This document shows, one piece after another, positions 1-12,509 of a stretch of DNA of 64,000 nt. Positions within the stretch are counted from its first letter, which is position 1; every line of letters begins with the position of its first letter. Source of the DNA: Takakia lepidozioides. Its lineage: Eukaryota; Plantae; Bryophyta. Made by a program: the position numbers and the translations under genes. The DNA is taken from the NCBI GenBank assembly GCA_030704615.1, contig CM060733.1, positions 48,608,001 through 48,672,000 on the forward strand. Direction: 5' to 3'. Under the pieces are notes generated by a model, which worked only from the letters and a program-made list of their open reading frames with translations, searched no databases and was not told the origin of the DNA.

Positions 1-3000
1 GGTTTCAGTGGACCACCGACTCCTTCCTTCACTGGAGCGCTTCCCTCTGGACAGCAGCTTCTACAGAGCAATTACAATGGACCATTCTCTAATTTTGCTG
101 GACCCCTAGGTGGATTTAGTGGGCCATTGGCTGGGCCCAACGGAACAGGCCGAGTCCATGAATATGATGTTCCAAGCCCACGCGTAGTACTTTGGGATTT
201 CCAGGAATAGATCTGAAAAGACAGTATCAACTGCCAGTCTGATGCTTTCTCTGCAAAAGACCTGGCACTTGAAACATCACAACTCATGTCTTGAGTATAG
301 CCATCCTAAGGCGATGTACCTTGAATTTTGGTAGCGCTGACTAATAGGACTAAAATTTAAAATTTTCGTCTTCTTGCCCAGACTGATCTGTGGTAGCTTC
401 TGGCCCCAGAGCTTTATCTTTTCAGGAAGCATCATGGATAGTATATGTTGCTATATGTGTAGACTCTTGAGCTAGTTCTCTCTTGTTCATCTCTTGGCCT
501 TGCTCTCTCTCTCCTTTTGTTTCCCGATGAGTTCACCGTCTTAAAGATGCAAGCCTCGATTAGTTCAGCCTTGCACATATCCCCCAAACCAATGCGCGAC
601 CTATTCAGCTCCTCCTGGCTTTGGTTTGTACTTTGTACACTAGATTATTGGGTAGAACACATATATGAGCCCTGATTGTGCATACTGTATTTCTCTCTTT
701 CTGAACGCTATCTGGGGTTCATTTTCCAGTGATATCGGTATATTGTTGTCTGCTGCTGTAGTAGATAGTGACGATGATGCCAGACTCCCAGCCATCCACC
801 ATTTAGCGAGGGAAATTCAACGTTACAGTGAAGAGTTCTTCTCCGTCTTTGCGAGCACGCTATAGCATTCATATCCGACAGCAGTCGGCGGAGGCCATGG
901 TCAATGCCTGCCTAACGTGCAGAAGGTAGCGCGCATGAGAAGCGCGGGCTTAAGTGTTCCCTCCCACGGATTGCATGGATGCTTGACCTGTATTTTAGTC
1001 TACTACAGCAGCCAAAAAGCATAGTACTATGTGCAAATGTAAGATCGTGGCCTATATCTTCTTTAACTAACCCATTTGAGCTCAAAAATCTAAGACTCTT
1101 CCGAGCTCATGATAAAAGTCACCGAGGTACACTATACTACAGGGGCTTATCATGAGATAAGTGTAACTCATGATTGACTTCGCTTGCCGTAGAACTCGGC
1201 TACTTGAGCAACAGTCTTGAATCCTAGAAATCCAGTCATACCCCAATTCCTCAAATGAATTTCGAGTGAAAGAATGTCCGTGGTTTTCAACGTAGAAGCT
1301 CTGTAGAAAGACGCCAAATAGACGAAACTTCTCTTCTGGGGACTAACGTTGGGGCGCCCGTTCCTCTGCTCTCCGCCCAAGGTTGTTGTGTGTATATATA
1401 TATATATACTTGTCTAGGCAACACGTGTTAGACCTTAAATTTGCAACAGACTTTATTCGAAATTTAATAAGTGCCCCAGAAACATTAATTGGAGTTGATC
1501 AGTAGCTTCATTGGTGAAAAGGTACCCAGCAAGGGCAATCCCACTAGTACAGAAAGTGCCCCAGCCAAACGTGTATATGGGGTAGGAAGATTCTTATACT
1601 CTTACAGTACAATAACTAGACAGGGCTGTCAAACCTCACCAATGTACAGATTTATGTAACTATACTTCCCGCAAGATCCACATGTCTAGTTTGTGAGGCT
1701 GTGCAAAACAGAAGAATCCTTTTTGCACAATCTAGAGCTAGACCCATCAGTGCGATTCATTCATAGATAATTTACATGCAAGAGATCCAATTGGCGCAGT
1801 TCAGATAGGCGTTCAGTGTTAGATATTGCTGTGGTCTGGCCGCATTTCCGGACTAGTTGCCTGCATCCCCCAGTATTGTACACAACTGAAACCAAAGATG
1901 GAGCGCACGCCTGTGTTATATGGGTACTCGTACTCATATCCACGAGTCTGTAATCTAGAGATCGAATGTGATCGTGGCCGTGGCAAGTGGTAGCACTGTT
2001 TAGAAAGTTTCGTATAACAGATTCCAGTGGGTAAAACTGGGGGTACTGCCAGCCCATCGAAGGAGAGGGCCCGCTTGTTTGATTTGCAAGTGCTAAACAG
2101 AAGTACCTAACCACCCCCGCCTGTGTCTGTTCTGTACAAGCAGTAGAGCATTGCGAATTATATGATCGTGGTAACTGGTCCACCGCACATAGTTAACAGA
2201 TTTATGTAGAAAGTCTGCAGGTGGGCGCCGCCCCAAGGAGGGGGCCTGGTTGTTGCACAAGGGATGAATCAATTCCCACCTCAACCCATTGCTTGTAATT
2301 ACAAAGGAGTCCTTCTTCACTAGAATGACAGCGCAATGTGTCTCTCCAGTTCTCTAACTGCACAAACTGAAAGTTGTTGTAAGATTCTGATAGTTCAAAA
2401 ATTTCTCAAAAGTCCTCAATTCATGCGCTGGTCTTAATAAAATCGGCAGTTTCTTAAACTAGTTTTCAGACCTGTAGCTTCGCCCTGCTGCACGATGTAT
2501 AGTAGTACTTACTATTGTGCAAAAAATTTGAATGTCCCTGGAGAAATTGTTCACAGTTTACTGACGGAATGAATCGGCAAGTTGGGACATCACTGTTGAA
2601 TCTTCTTGACGTGTGATCCAATGCGTGTCTTACGGTCTCACGACTTGAACATATCAGGTCCGGAGACCGACGAGGAGCTCTGACGATCATTTGCGTTGAT
2701 CTGAAGATCCCCGTCATCCCCTTCTGTGCGCTCTACAGTGATTCAAGTACAATCTCCGTTGAAAACCACAAAGTTCTTTCTAGATTTTTGTGTGTGGATC
2801 AAAAGTCCTTCGAAGTGATGAGGTTGCGAAGGACGGTTGAGGGACGGTGGCGGGATGGAGGGCAGGACGTGATGGCAGACGTGCGCGCACAGTGTGTGTG
2901 TTACTGTTCATAGATCTTGCCATCATTTCTCATCCATCCTTCCTGGATTCAACCCTATTATTAGCTGGTATCTTCCATGTATTATATTGTTTTCCTTTGG

Positions 3001-3437
3001 AGGAAGAGACAGAAAATAAAATAAAAAATCTTGTGTGGAATGATTCTCTTTGTTTTATGTGAAAGAAAAAGCTCAAGGGCTGCCTCTGACACCCCACCTT
3101 TTTTTTTTTAAACCTTGTCTGTAAACTGAAATTGTTTATAATGTGATCATTGGAGAACTTGAAAACAACTTGAACAAGGTATTTACAAAGCAATTTGATA
3201 TTTGATATTTACAAAGCAATTATTAGCAAGATTTTATTTACTCAATCAGAGTAGTATGGCTCGCTTATACTCGACCAAGAGTAGGAAACTTCGTATTTCA
3301 CTGACATCGGTGTGTGTGCCTTATGGTGTTCCCGAGGGTTTAATTTTTTCCCTCTAAACAATTCCAAATAAAGTAATAACAGGGCCACTGCCCCCTGTTT
3401 ATAAAATTAATTTAAAAAAAACAAAAAAAACAAGGTC

Positions 3438-3832
3438 GTCCTTCTCCCCCTTCCCTTTGGGCGGTGTCCCATGGGAAAGCCTTCACGGCGAGGTTACTAT
3501 GGATGAGGTTATTTTTTCCTCTCACTATATAAATCAAGGAGCCTGATTTGTGAGCTGTTGCTCCCAGGTATTTCCCTTTCGAAAAAAAGGAGATACCAAC
3601 AGTCAGTAGCTCCGTTGGTTAGTGAACTGACTGCCACCCAGATGATTCCGTGGGTCAAATCCTGCTACTCTTCCTCCCTTTGGGCGGGTGTCGCATTTCT
3701 TCGCCTTCATGGCGAGGTTACTGTGAAAGAGGTTATTTTCTCCCCTCACTATTAAGGGGCCTGATTTGTGAGCTGTCGCTCCCAGGTGTTTCCCTTTAAA
3801 ACTTTATTTTAAAAAATTATATATGAAAAGAT
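3438..3832 (+). mobile_element. tRNA-derived SINE, dimer (5'-truncated copy 3438-3590 plus full copy 3591-3801)
   Basis: Full copy has A-box-like TAGCTCCGTTGG (3607-3618) and B-box-like GGGTCAAATCC (3652-3662). Both copies share the 3' body GCCTGATTTGTGAGCTGT(C/T)GCTCCCAGGT and A-rich tails. The dimer is flanked by the direct repeat AAAAAACAAGGTC (3425-3437 and 3833-3845). Confidence 0.75.
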
Positions 3833-4732
3833 AAAAAACAAGGTCAAGCATTTCATTATTTTAGTAAACAAAAGAAAAAACGTTAAGCCGACCTCCACTA
3901 CCAATTTTACATAAAAATACAAAGAATGTGAACGCGTTCCAAAGTAAGCCGAGATTATGGGGTCACTTACTCCCAAGAGCTATTGCTTTCCATTGGAATG
4001 TGGACACCTTTATGACGTTCTACATGTGGTTTGAGTTCACAACCACTAGTAAAATGATTTATGCACTTACCATTGACTAAATGTCTAGTCACTTCTCGAT
4101 ATCCAAAATAGTAATTGATGCGCGAATGAGCTAACACCGTATTACAAAACTTACAATGTATGGATGATCAACATTGCAATTTATTTTGGCCAATGCTACA
4201 CCCCAACAAACATTGGACAATGTCTAACCATCATCCCAAGCAAATACATGACGAGATCTCTATCCCTTCCATAAATCATTCGGTCTCCAATTATAATTTG
4301 ACACAACTGGGGTTTGACAGCTTGTAGGGGGAGAGGGGGGGGGGAGACGGGCTGCAATCCTCATTTCCCCTGCTATTCTCCCTACTTTCTCTAATGTAGA
4401 AACTTGGATGCAAGGACATATTCAAGTGGCCCACAACATCTCCAAACGCAGAGTTGTGGCTGGTTGGGACAGTGTCATTCAGGAACTCATGCCGATTGCC
4501 TAGATCTCTCTTAATTCATTCTCTTCTAATTTGAGGAAACTTATACGTGCATGGCTGGGTTACGATAAGCCCCCCTTTTAAACAATCTTCTTCCCTATTT
4601 CTCGGCATGGCTCTCCTTGCTACAAGGTGGAAATTTCAAGCCTCATCCCCTCGAATTTTATATTCTCCCCAGCTCTCCTCTTTGTAGAAGGAAACAACTA
4701 AGATCTAACACAATGGTCAGACAACAGTTCAT

Positions 4733-4980
4733 TGTTGCAAATCAAAGTTGTATGACATCCTGTAGAAAAGACGAGTCTAACGAACACTGCAAGGAATATA
4801 TACGAAGCAGGCTGGGGCCAGGTAATGGCGGGACCAGGAAGTACCACTATTGAAAATATGTGACATGGATGCTAGCACGTGAACATGACATGGTCTACGT
4901 GGAACTACAAACTGAAGGGCCTATGTTGGACTTCTTTTTATTGAATTCACATTGGATCATTCTATTCTATTAATGCAACA
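4733..4980 (-). repeat. Probable 3' LTR of the Copia element
   Basis: Starts TGTTGCA right after the PPT on the minus strand and ends in the inverted TGCAACA (plus-strand tgttgca at 4733). No second LTR is present to confirm it. Confidence 0.55.
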
Positions 4981-5359
4981 CTCCCACTAAAGAATTGATC
5001 TATGTGAAATCTAGCAACTCTTCCACTCATTTGTGTGCAACAAGATAGAGCATAGATCGGAGGCATTGGAAACTGTCTACTGCCAGGGCCTTCGTGAGAA
5101 CATCTGCAATTGGGTCGCGTGTGTTGATGTAGTTCATTGAAACAAAACCTCGACGTTGAAAGTCTCTGACCATATGATATTGTATATCAACGTGCTTTGT
5201 TCTTCTGTGAAACTTTGGATTGAGAATGAGTCTGATCGCACTTTGATTATCCCCTCTCAACTGAGTTGGTGCATGATGTGAAAACCCAATGTCATGTAAC
5301 AGCTGCCGCAGCCACACTATTACTTTACTTGTAAGACATGCAGCTACGTATTCTGCTTC

Positions 5360-5965
5360 GGGGTAGATGCAGGCTAAGGTAGACCAAAAACTGCGTTATC
5401 GGCACAGTTTTCAGTGACTGTCGTGCATGATATCATGAATTGCTTCAAATAGAATCAATAATGTTGAGGAACATTTTCCATGTTGGATTCCTCATTTCAA
5501 TATCTATCTATATCAACTGTCAAATTATCAATCCAATAAAATGTCAACTATGGACTTTTGAACACGACAACTATGGACTATTACCACTGCAAATGAAAAT
5601 ACATTGACTCAAAATAAGCCATTGTGCCTTTGGTGTATTGCTTTGCACTTTTGAGATAAGGGGGCCAATTTAGATAACAATCTAGATTTCAATTTAAAAT
5701 GACAACATCAGCTGTCATTTACCACCTATGGACTAATATGAGTGTTATATATATGTGGATTTGTTCTAGTTTAGTACATCTTGTGTTTTGGGTTTTTGAG
5801 GTGTCACATTTTAAAATATAATCTATAATGGCTTGATTGTATATGGACAAATCGATGTAAATTATTTAAAAATATTTGGGGAAATATCGTCAATTTCAAA
5901 TTTGGTCATGGACTTCCATGGAAGCAACATCTACCGTTTTTGGTCCACCTTAGCCTGCAACTACC
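5360..5965. mobile_element. Non-autonomous TIR element (MITE-like) inserted in the Copia RNase H
   Basis: 30-bp TIRs GGTAG(A/T)TGCAGGCTAAGGT(A/G)GACCAAAAAC at 5362-5391 and 5936-5965. It splits the STTE|AEYVA motif, with apparent TTC duplication. Confidence 0.85.
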
Positions 5966-8410
5966 TTCTGTGGTAGAGCCTACAACACATTGTTGCTTCC
6001 TACTCACCCATGTTACTGGTCCTTCATTAAGAAAGACAAGACATCCACTGTGGGATTTCCTATCATCCAGATCAGCCCCATAATCTGCATCTGTAAAAGT
6101 AGCCAGGACGTTGTTGTGATCTCCTGAGGAGTAACAAAGCTTGAAGTGCGCTGTACCTTTGAGGTACTTTATGATTCTCCGAACAACATTGCAATGAATA
6201 TACTTCGGACGAGATGAAAACTTGGCTGCAGTTCGAGCTGCAAAGGTTAGATCCAGTCGTGTCCCCAACATTGCGAATTATATAATGTTGTCTACTATCT
6301 CAAGGTAAGGAAAATCAGGTTCCTCATTATCAAGATGCTCAGCAATTTGGAGTTGAACATTGGCATCCATGGGCGTGGCCGCCACAACATTTACCTCACT
6401 GAAATTGAACTTCTACAGCACCCGTAAATTATATTGTGTCTAATCGTTATCTGTGTACGATCTTTGGTGATGTGCAAGGTAACATAGCAGCTGCCCCTCC
6501 CGTCACCTCAAAAACCTTATTGAGATGTACCATCACCTTGTCTAGTTTCTTGGCATATCTACAACCCCCAAGGCCATCATCCACGAATATAACAACCACA
6601 AGCTTTGGCTCCTGTGTGTCTAAATATACACAAGGATCTGCAACCGAGGGTTTCATATTGTACTTAACAAGAAAATGATCAAACTTAATATCCAGGCGCA
6701 TGAAGCCTGCTTCAAACCATAAAGACTTTTTCGAAGTCTGCACACCAAATTCACTCCCTGCTTCATGGCCTTAAAACCTTTACATTGCTCCATGAAAATC
6801 TCCTTCCAAATCTCTATGTAGAAATTTTGTTTTTACATCAAATTGCAGTAGTTCTATGTCCTCAATCGCTGCAATAGACAACACTATTATGATAGACTCA
6901 AATTTTGCAACCAGTGTAAACGTTTGTTCATAGTCTATTCCATAGACTTGTAAATAGCCCTTGGCTACCAGTCTTGCTTTAAACTTATCGATGCCGCCAT
7001 TGGATTTTAGTTTAATCTTATATATCTACTTGCTTTTAACAGCCTTTCTCCCTTCAGGCAATTTACACAATGCCCTGCTCCAGCAAAAAACATATAAGTT
7101 CTTGGAAGTGCTATCCAGTCCCCATAGAGATCATGTGGTGGTCCACAGAGTCTCTGACCAAGATCTCCTTGCATTACCTCAGCTGCTTCCTCATTTTCTT
7201 AATCATTCAATGTACCAATGCTGCTTGCCCCTCTTGTCTCTCTGCTGCTTACACTCCCACTACTACCATATGAGATTAGGGTTTCAGCACTTTCATTCAT
7301 ACTGGAGTTTTCCCTCCCACTTCTTGGCAAGCCATTCTCATGACTATCGTTAGGAACTTCTCCCATTGCACCAGACAAGCCATTCTCATGGATGTTGTTA
7401 GGATTATCTCCCACTGCATCAGACAAGTCATCTCCTACTGTAATATCAGTGTCAAGATAATCTCCCACTGCCTCTAATGTGTGAGGTGTATCTAGGATAC
7501 AAGGTGTATAATCTGAGACTTTTGTGAAATTGGTAGCTCTCAATCATAATGTACTGCAGCATCCTCATGGAATATCACATCTCGACTAATGATGAGTTTC
7601 TTTCCCTTCTTGTCCCAAAGACGATAGGCTTAATTTTCAACACTGTAACCAAGAAACATACACTCTTTACTCTTGGAGTCCAATTTCTTTCTGAACTGCT
7701 CACCTATTATATATGGACAAAAGCATCACTGCCAAAAACTCAAAGATGTGATATGTCTGGTTTTTGGTTACACCAGGCCTGTAGTAGAGTTACGCCTTTA
7801 AGATTTTTGGACCCTGTGCGGTTTAGTACATAGACTGCTATTTGAATGGACTCCCCCCAAAACCTCAACGATACATTCTTCGCATGAATCATGCATCAAT
7901 CACTCTCAATTAATGTCCGATTATCTCTTTCTATAACGTCATTTTGCTCCGGACTATAAGGAACGGTAAGTTCTTGATGAACTCCTTCGTTCTCTAGATA
8001 AGCCTAAAACTGAGTACTAGTATACTCACATCCTCGATCACTCCGTATCTTTAACAACTTGTTGTTTAGTCTCTCTCAAAGATTCACACATGATGGACTT
8101 CAAACTTTCAAACACCTGTGACTTCTTCTTGATACAGTAACGTAGAACACAATTTTAAGTAAATCTGGACTAAAGTTTGGTCCAAAAATAAGGAGAATTA
8201 TCTGAATATGTATTTTTTTTAAATCATTTAATGAATTTAAATGGATCATTTTAAATATAAATGTAAAGATATAAATAATCATTTGTCTATTAATATATAA
8301 TATGAGCAATAAAAAAATATTATGTATAAACTTCAGAAGAAAAAGCAGTTTCTATTTGGCTCATAAAGCAAGTTCCATTGTTCACTCGATGTTTAGTAAG
8401 AGTTTGAATG

Positions 8411-8647
8411 AGATACCAACAGTCAGTAGCTCACTTGGTGAAGTGCACTGAGTGCCACCCAAATGATTATGGGGTCAAATTTTGCTACTGACGGGTGTGG
8501 TATGTTCTTGGGTGGTGTCCCATTCCAACGCCACATGGCGGGGTTACTGTGAAAGAGGTTATTTTCTCCTCTCACTATTAAGGGGCCTGATTTGTGAGCT
8601 GTCGCTCCCAGGTGTTTCCATTACATTAAAAAATAAATTAAAAAAAA
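8411..8647 (+). mobile_element. tRNA-derived SINE, third copy
   Basis: Same head AGATACCAACAGTCAGTAGCTC and same 3' body as 3591-3801, followed by an A-rich tail. Confidence 0.75.
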
Positions 8648-8958
8648 TGGGTGTCGGGTGATAACTCGCTTCATGATCCGCGGCCTGATGGATGATTGGA
8701 GCACCTTATGCCTTAGTCATATTCGTAACCGCAACTGAGCTTGTGAAGGCCGTTACTATGTAACGTATAAGGCAAATCAATCAAATATGTGAACAAAACA
8801 TGACACAATGACACAATACCATGACATGAAATGAAAGACAATGGGGAGACATTGATGATAAACAACCAGGTTTTATTTCAGAACCATGTCAATTTGAGTA
8901 AGTCTCGCATGCGGCATGGACCAATACAAGTAACGTAAACCATGTCAATGAGAGTATC

Positions 8959-11605
8959 AACTTCTAGAAGGAGGGCTGAACTCCGGTAACACAAGACGAT
9001 GTCGGTCGACGTACTTATGGTGAAAATATTTTGAGGAAAGCCATTTCCCAAAATCACAATATTTTGACAAGGTTGGAGGGACCATTTTCAAATCTGTATT
9101 CTTCCGTTGTTCCGAAGGTTTTTATCAGCAGAAGATGGAAGAAGTCCCTGAAATGTTGTCTCGGGTATCGTGGATATGGTGATGACCTCAAAAAAAATAT
9201 CCTCCAATATTACGCCAACCAACAATGTCTTGTGCGACCGAAGTTTAGCTGTACTTCTCGAAGAATTGGTGGCCTTGCAGACTTTCAGTGAATCCCGAAG
9301 ATGATGAATTACTCGTATGCTCTTCAAAACATAATGTCCAAGTAATTGACCCTGGAGTAAGATGCTGAAAGTATCCAATTGGGGAGTAAGTATGCTGCTC
9401 GTATGCTTCTGGAGAGTGGCTCAGTGGCGAGTACGTTGATGGAGAGAGTGACGTTTTCTGCAAAATCTTCAAGGAAATAGTGTCGGGTGACCAGTCGAGG
9501 TTAATCTGTGATGGGCTGTGGTATTTCTGACGATTTACTGTAAAGCACTCGTAAACTGTTCTCCAACTAAATAATCTCCAACTGAATAACCACCAATGAA
9601 CTGATTGGAGCTATCACAACCAATGTCAACAATCTTATTTACTGCTAGGTGTTTGATACTATTGTTGTTCCTGTAGCTGAATTGTATAGTAGTCGTTTTG
9701 CTATTCCCATGCAAACAGTATCAGGTCTCCAGATACTGTCATATTCAGATTCCCGTATCAGCCACGACCCACCATCATTGACCAATATAAAATCATCAGC
9801 TGCATGTCAGCTGAGAACTCGATCTTCGATTCATTGTATGTGACTCCAGAGAAACACCCTAGCCCACAAGTAGTTGGCTAGCAGCTTGAGATATTTCTCC
9901 GGGCTGTGATTGAATGAACTGGAGATTTCATTCTTAGCTGATGGTTTCATGTAGGTGGTGTCTGATACCGATTTCGGAACATGACAGTCTCAATGGACCT
10001 GATGTTGTTGGAATGGGAATAGCAAAAAGACTCATATAGAAATCAGCTACATGAACATAGGCAGTATCAAACACCTTGAAGTACATATGATTGTTGAGAT
10101 GTTTGCACAGATTGTTTGCGACGGTGTTCTTCCTTCGTCCAATCCACATAAAAATGACGAGAATGGCCCTGGAGATTGACGTTAAATTGCTGACATTCTG
10201 CCTCATCGTAATACCATTTTGGTGTACAATGATGGACATCAGAACAGGTCAGCAAATAGAAAAACATGCGTGATCGCGCGATGTTAATCGTTGGTGTTCC
10301 TCAAAAGAATAATGAATCTCCAAACAAAGGATATAGGAACCAAAAAATACACCACGAGGATGCTGTCAATTGTTGGAGATCGGATTATGCAAGCAGGGAG
10401 AATAACTTCAAACAACTTAAAGACTAGGATTTTAAGATACTTGAACAATCCGCCAAGGAACAAGTGACACCATCAGCCCGGGAGTGCGTGTTAAGAAACA
10501 CATCAATGAGTCATCCAGGATGATGGTGTGAAATATTCCGGGACGGATTATGCAAATACCTTGAGTTCTCTCGCTGTAACTGACCTGAAGTAACTCACTA
10601 TGCCTGCAGAATCCTCACAGCTTCAAAAGACAGTATTTTCGTTGTTGATTGTGTGAGCATATAAAAAGCATCACTCCGACCAATGACAAGTGGCACTATT
10701 GAGGTAATATAATACTTAGGCAGTCGGCTGGAGAACCAGGACGATGATGAAGTCCGCTTTTCGAACCATGAGTGATCGCGCAACAGATCTCTGCCTCTAC
10801 CACCATTGAGAACCACAACGAGCCGAATGCATCCAGATTTCAATCAACCACGATGGTGTTGTCAGTTCGTTAGGGAAGGAATTTTGAAGCCGCCAAAATT
10901 ACTTCAATCCATTTGAAGAGAGGTTTTAACAAAGCTTCACAATCCGCTCAGGAACAAATGAGACGACCATCGTGGGTGCTTGAGTCATAGACGATGATTG
11001 TGTCACATGTTCCCCATCGTAATATGCAAACATCGGAAAATTCGTTCTCCTCCAACCTCCTCCAGCCTCCAGCCTCCAGCCTATTACCTCCACTGACAAT
11101 GAAGTCAACTTGTTTTGATAACATTTGATGGCACCGCTGATCCATGCTAGCTCCACAAGAGAAAGATATGAAAGAACCACGCGCGATCGCGCGTGGTTTC
11201 TCTCAAACTTCGATGACCAACATTAAGGCTGAGAGGATCTGGCATAACATTGACAGTTTTAAATAACGAATGTGTGTAATGATCAGGCCGGCCATAGTTT
11301 AATTCATCAATAACACAGAGTTGCTTCCCAAATGGCTCACACTCAAGGCATATGTTCGAGATCGCCGTCGGTTGCCACTGATAGCGGAACTTTGTGCAAC
11401 CGAGGAGATGGATACAGTCGGAGATTGATATAAGATATGACCAGACACCTCACTGGTAGCTGTACTTGATGACCTTGATGAACGTAAAGCCTCGCGGTCC
11501 CTCCGCTCAGTCTTTCGCTGCTGTTCTTATTTCTTCTCCTGTCGAATTTGATTCTGAACTTGACACTGGAATATAACTGTGTGGAGGCAGCACATAAATG
11601 AACTG
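8959..11605. repeat. Array of long imperfect inverted repeats (hairpins) with CGCGCGATCGCGCG-type palindromes
   Basis: Self-complementary arms at ~8959-9266, ~9600-10110, 10382-10614, ~10915-11050, and weaker ones at ~10683-10864 and ~11300-11605. Palindromes at 10267-10280 and 11175-11198. Confidence 0.7.
9245..9472 (-). pseudogene. Fragment of the YSPIGYF / CTD-like Ser-Pro-Tyr-rich ORF family
   Basis: SPSTYSPLSHSPEAY...YSPIGYFQHLTPGS aligns with YSPIGYFCDIPTG (50809-51132) and YSPI*YFSHLRSPGS (~50600-50640). Confidence 0.55.
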
Positions 11606-11857
11606 TTAAAGAAAATACAAAGATCATTGAAATATCATTGATCTCACAAAAGTCATGTGAAGTCAACATACGTATAGGTACAAATGATAAAACTGATGGA
11701 CTACACACAAAATATGACAAAGTTAAACTACATACCCAGATAATCGGGATCCTTTTGCGATGGGTGCCAAACAGAAACATCAATAAATCTCTAAAAAAAA
11801 CATCTTAATCGAATCATCCTAAAGAATGTATTCACTCCCAACTTTAAGAAAAACTAG

Positions 11858-12300
11858 GCTCTGATACCATTGTAACACCCAGGATCTACATAAACTAGCA
11901 TAGAAGTACTTCTCAACTTTTTCCCAAAACAACTCGATGCCTTCTAGGCTTTCATTGCAGGTTTATATACCCTTCACAATATGATTATTTTAAAGGTTTG
12001 ACTTGAGAGCCTCAAGTCAAAACTTCTTAATGTCAACATTCCTAGATTTGACATATTCTCCACAATACGACTTTATCAAAGATACTTGCTAAAGTCAACC
12101 TTCTTAGGTTTGACATATTCTCTACAATATGACTTTATCAAAGATTTGACCTACTCTCAGTAATATGAATATCTTAGAGGTTTGACTTGAGAGCCTCAAG
12201 TCAAACTTCCTTAAGCCTTAGAATCCTTCCTAATTATTCTGAAAACTTCTAGGGAACTTTCCTCCTCCATCTAGAACCTTCCAGATTCTACCTTGTTACA
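11858..12300 (-). mobile_element. Isolated 5' LTR (11871-12300) with tRNA-iMet PBS; internal region truncated
   Basis: TGTAACA...TGTTACA termini; PBS TGGTATCAGAGC on the minus strand at 11858-11869; internal duplicated TTTGACTTGAGAGCCTCAAGTCAAA hairpin units. Confidence 0.85.
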
Positions 12301-12509
12301 GTAATATGAGAACAATCAAAATTCGTTCGATGGGCCAATGAGGCGTTCATTTGTCATCTGGTTTTTGTTCATTGCGAAAAAAAAATCCTGCAATGCGTGC
12401 ACGGCTATTGCATCCATTGAACGGATGTGGTTCAAGCCCCTCTTTTGCCCGCATGTACTTGAACATGTGTGTGACACATATGCGGAGACACAACAGACGA
12501 ATAAATCAT

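Larger units (their letters stand above)
4733..8150 (-). mobile_element. Ty1/Copia LTR retrotransposon, 5'-truncated and degenerate (integrase-RT-RNase H-3' LTR)
   Basis: Integrase VPYSPEQNDVIERDNRTL (~7910-7965); RT KARLVAKG-type region and VIFVDD (6447-6743); RNase H DADYG...SRKQ...GDNQSAI...HRRTKHVD...ADVLTKAL (5027-6271); PPT AGTGGGAG at 4981-4988 abutting TGTTG. Confidence 0.9.

Noticed and set aside
1-2720. Possible decayed minus-strand ORFs (one ~200-codon frame at 1-620; a Cys-rich frame at 1500-2320)
   Set aside because: No recognisable motif, and stop density in the extensions is near random, so neither a gene nor a viral glycoprotein can be supported.
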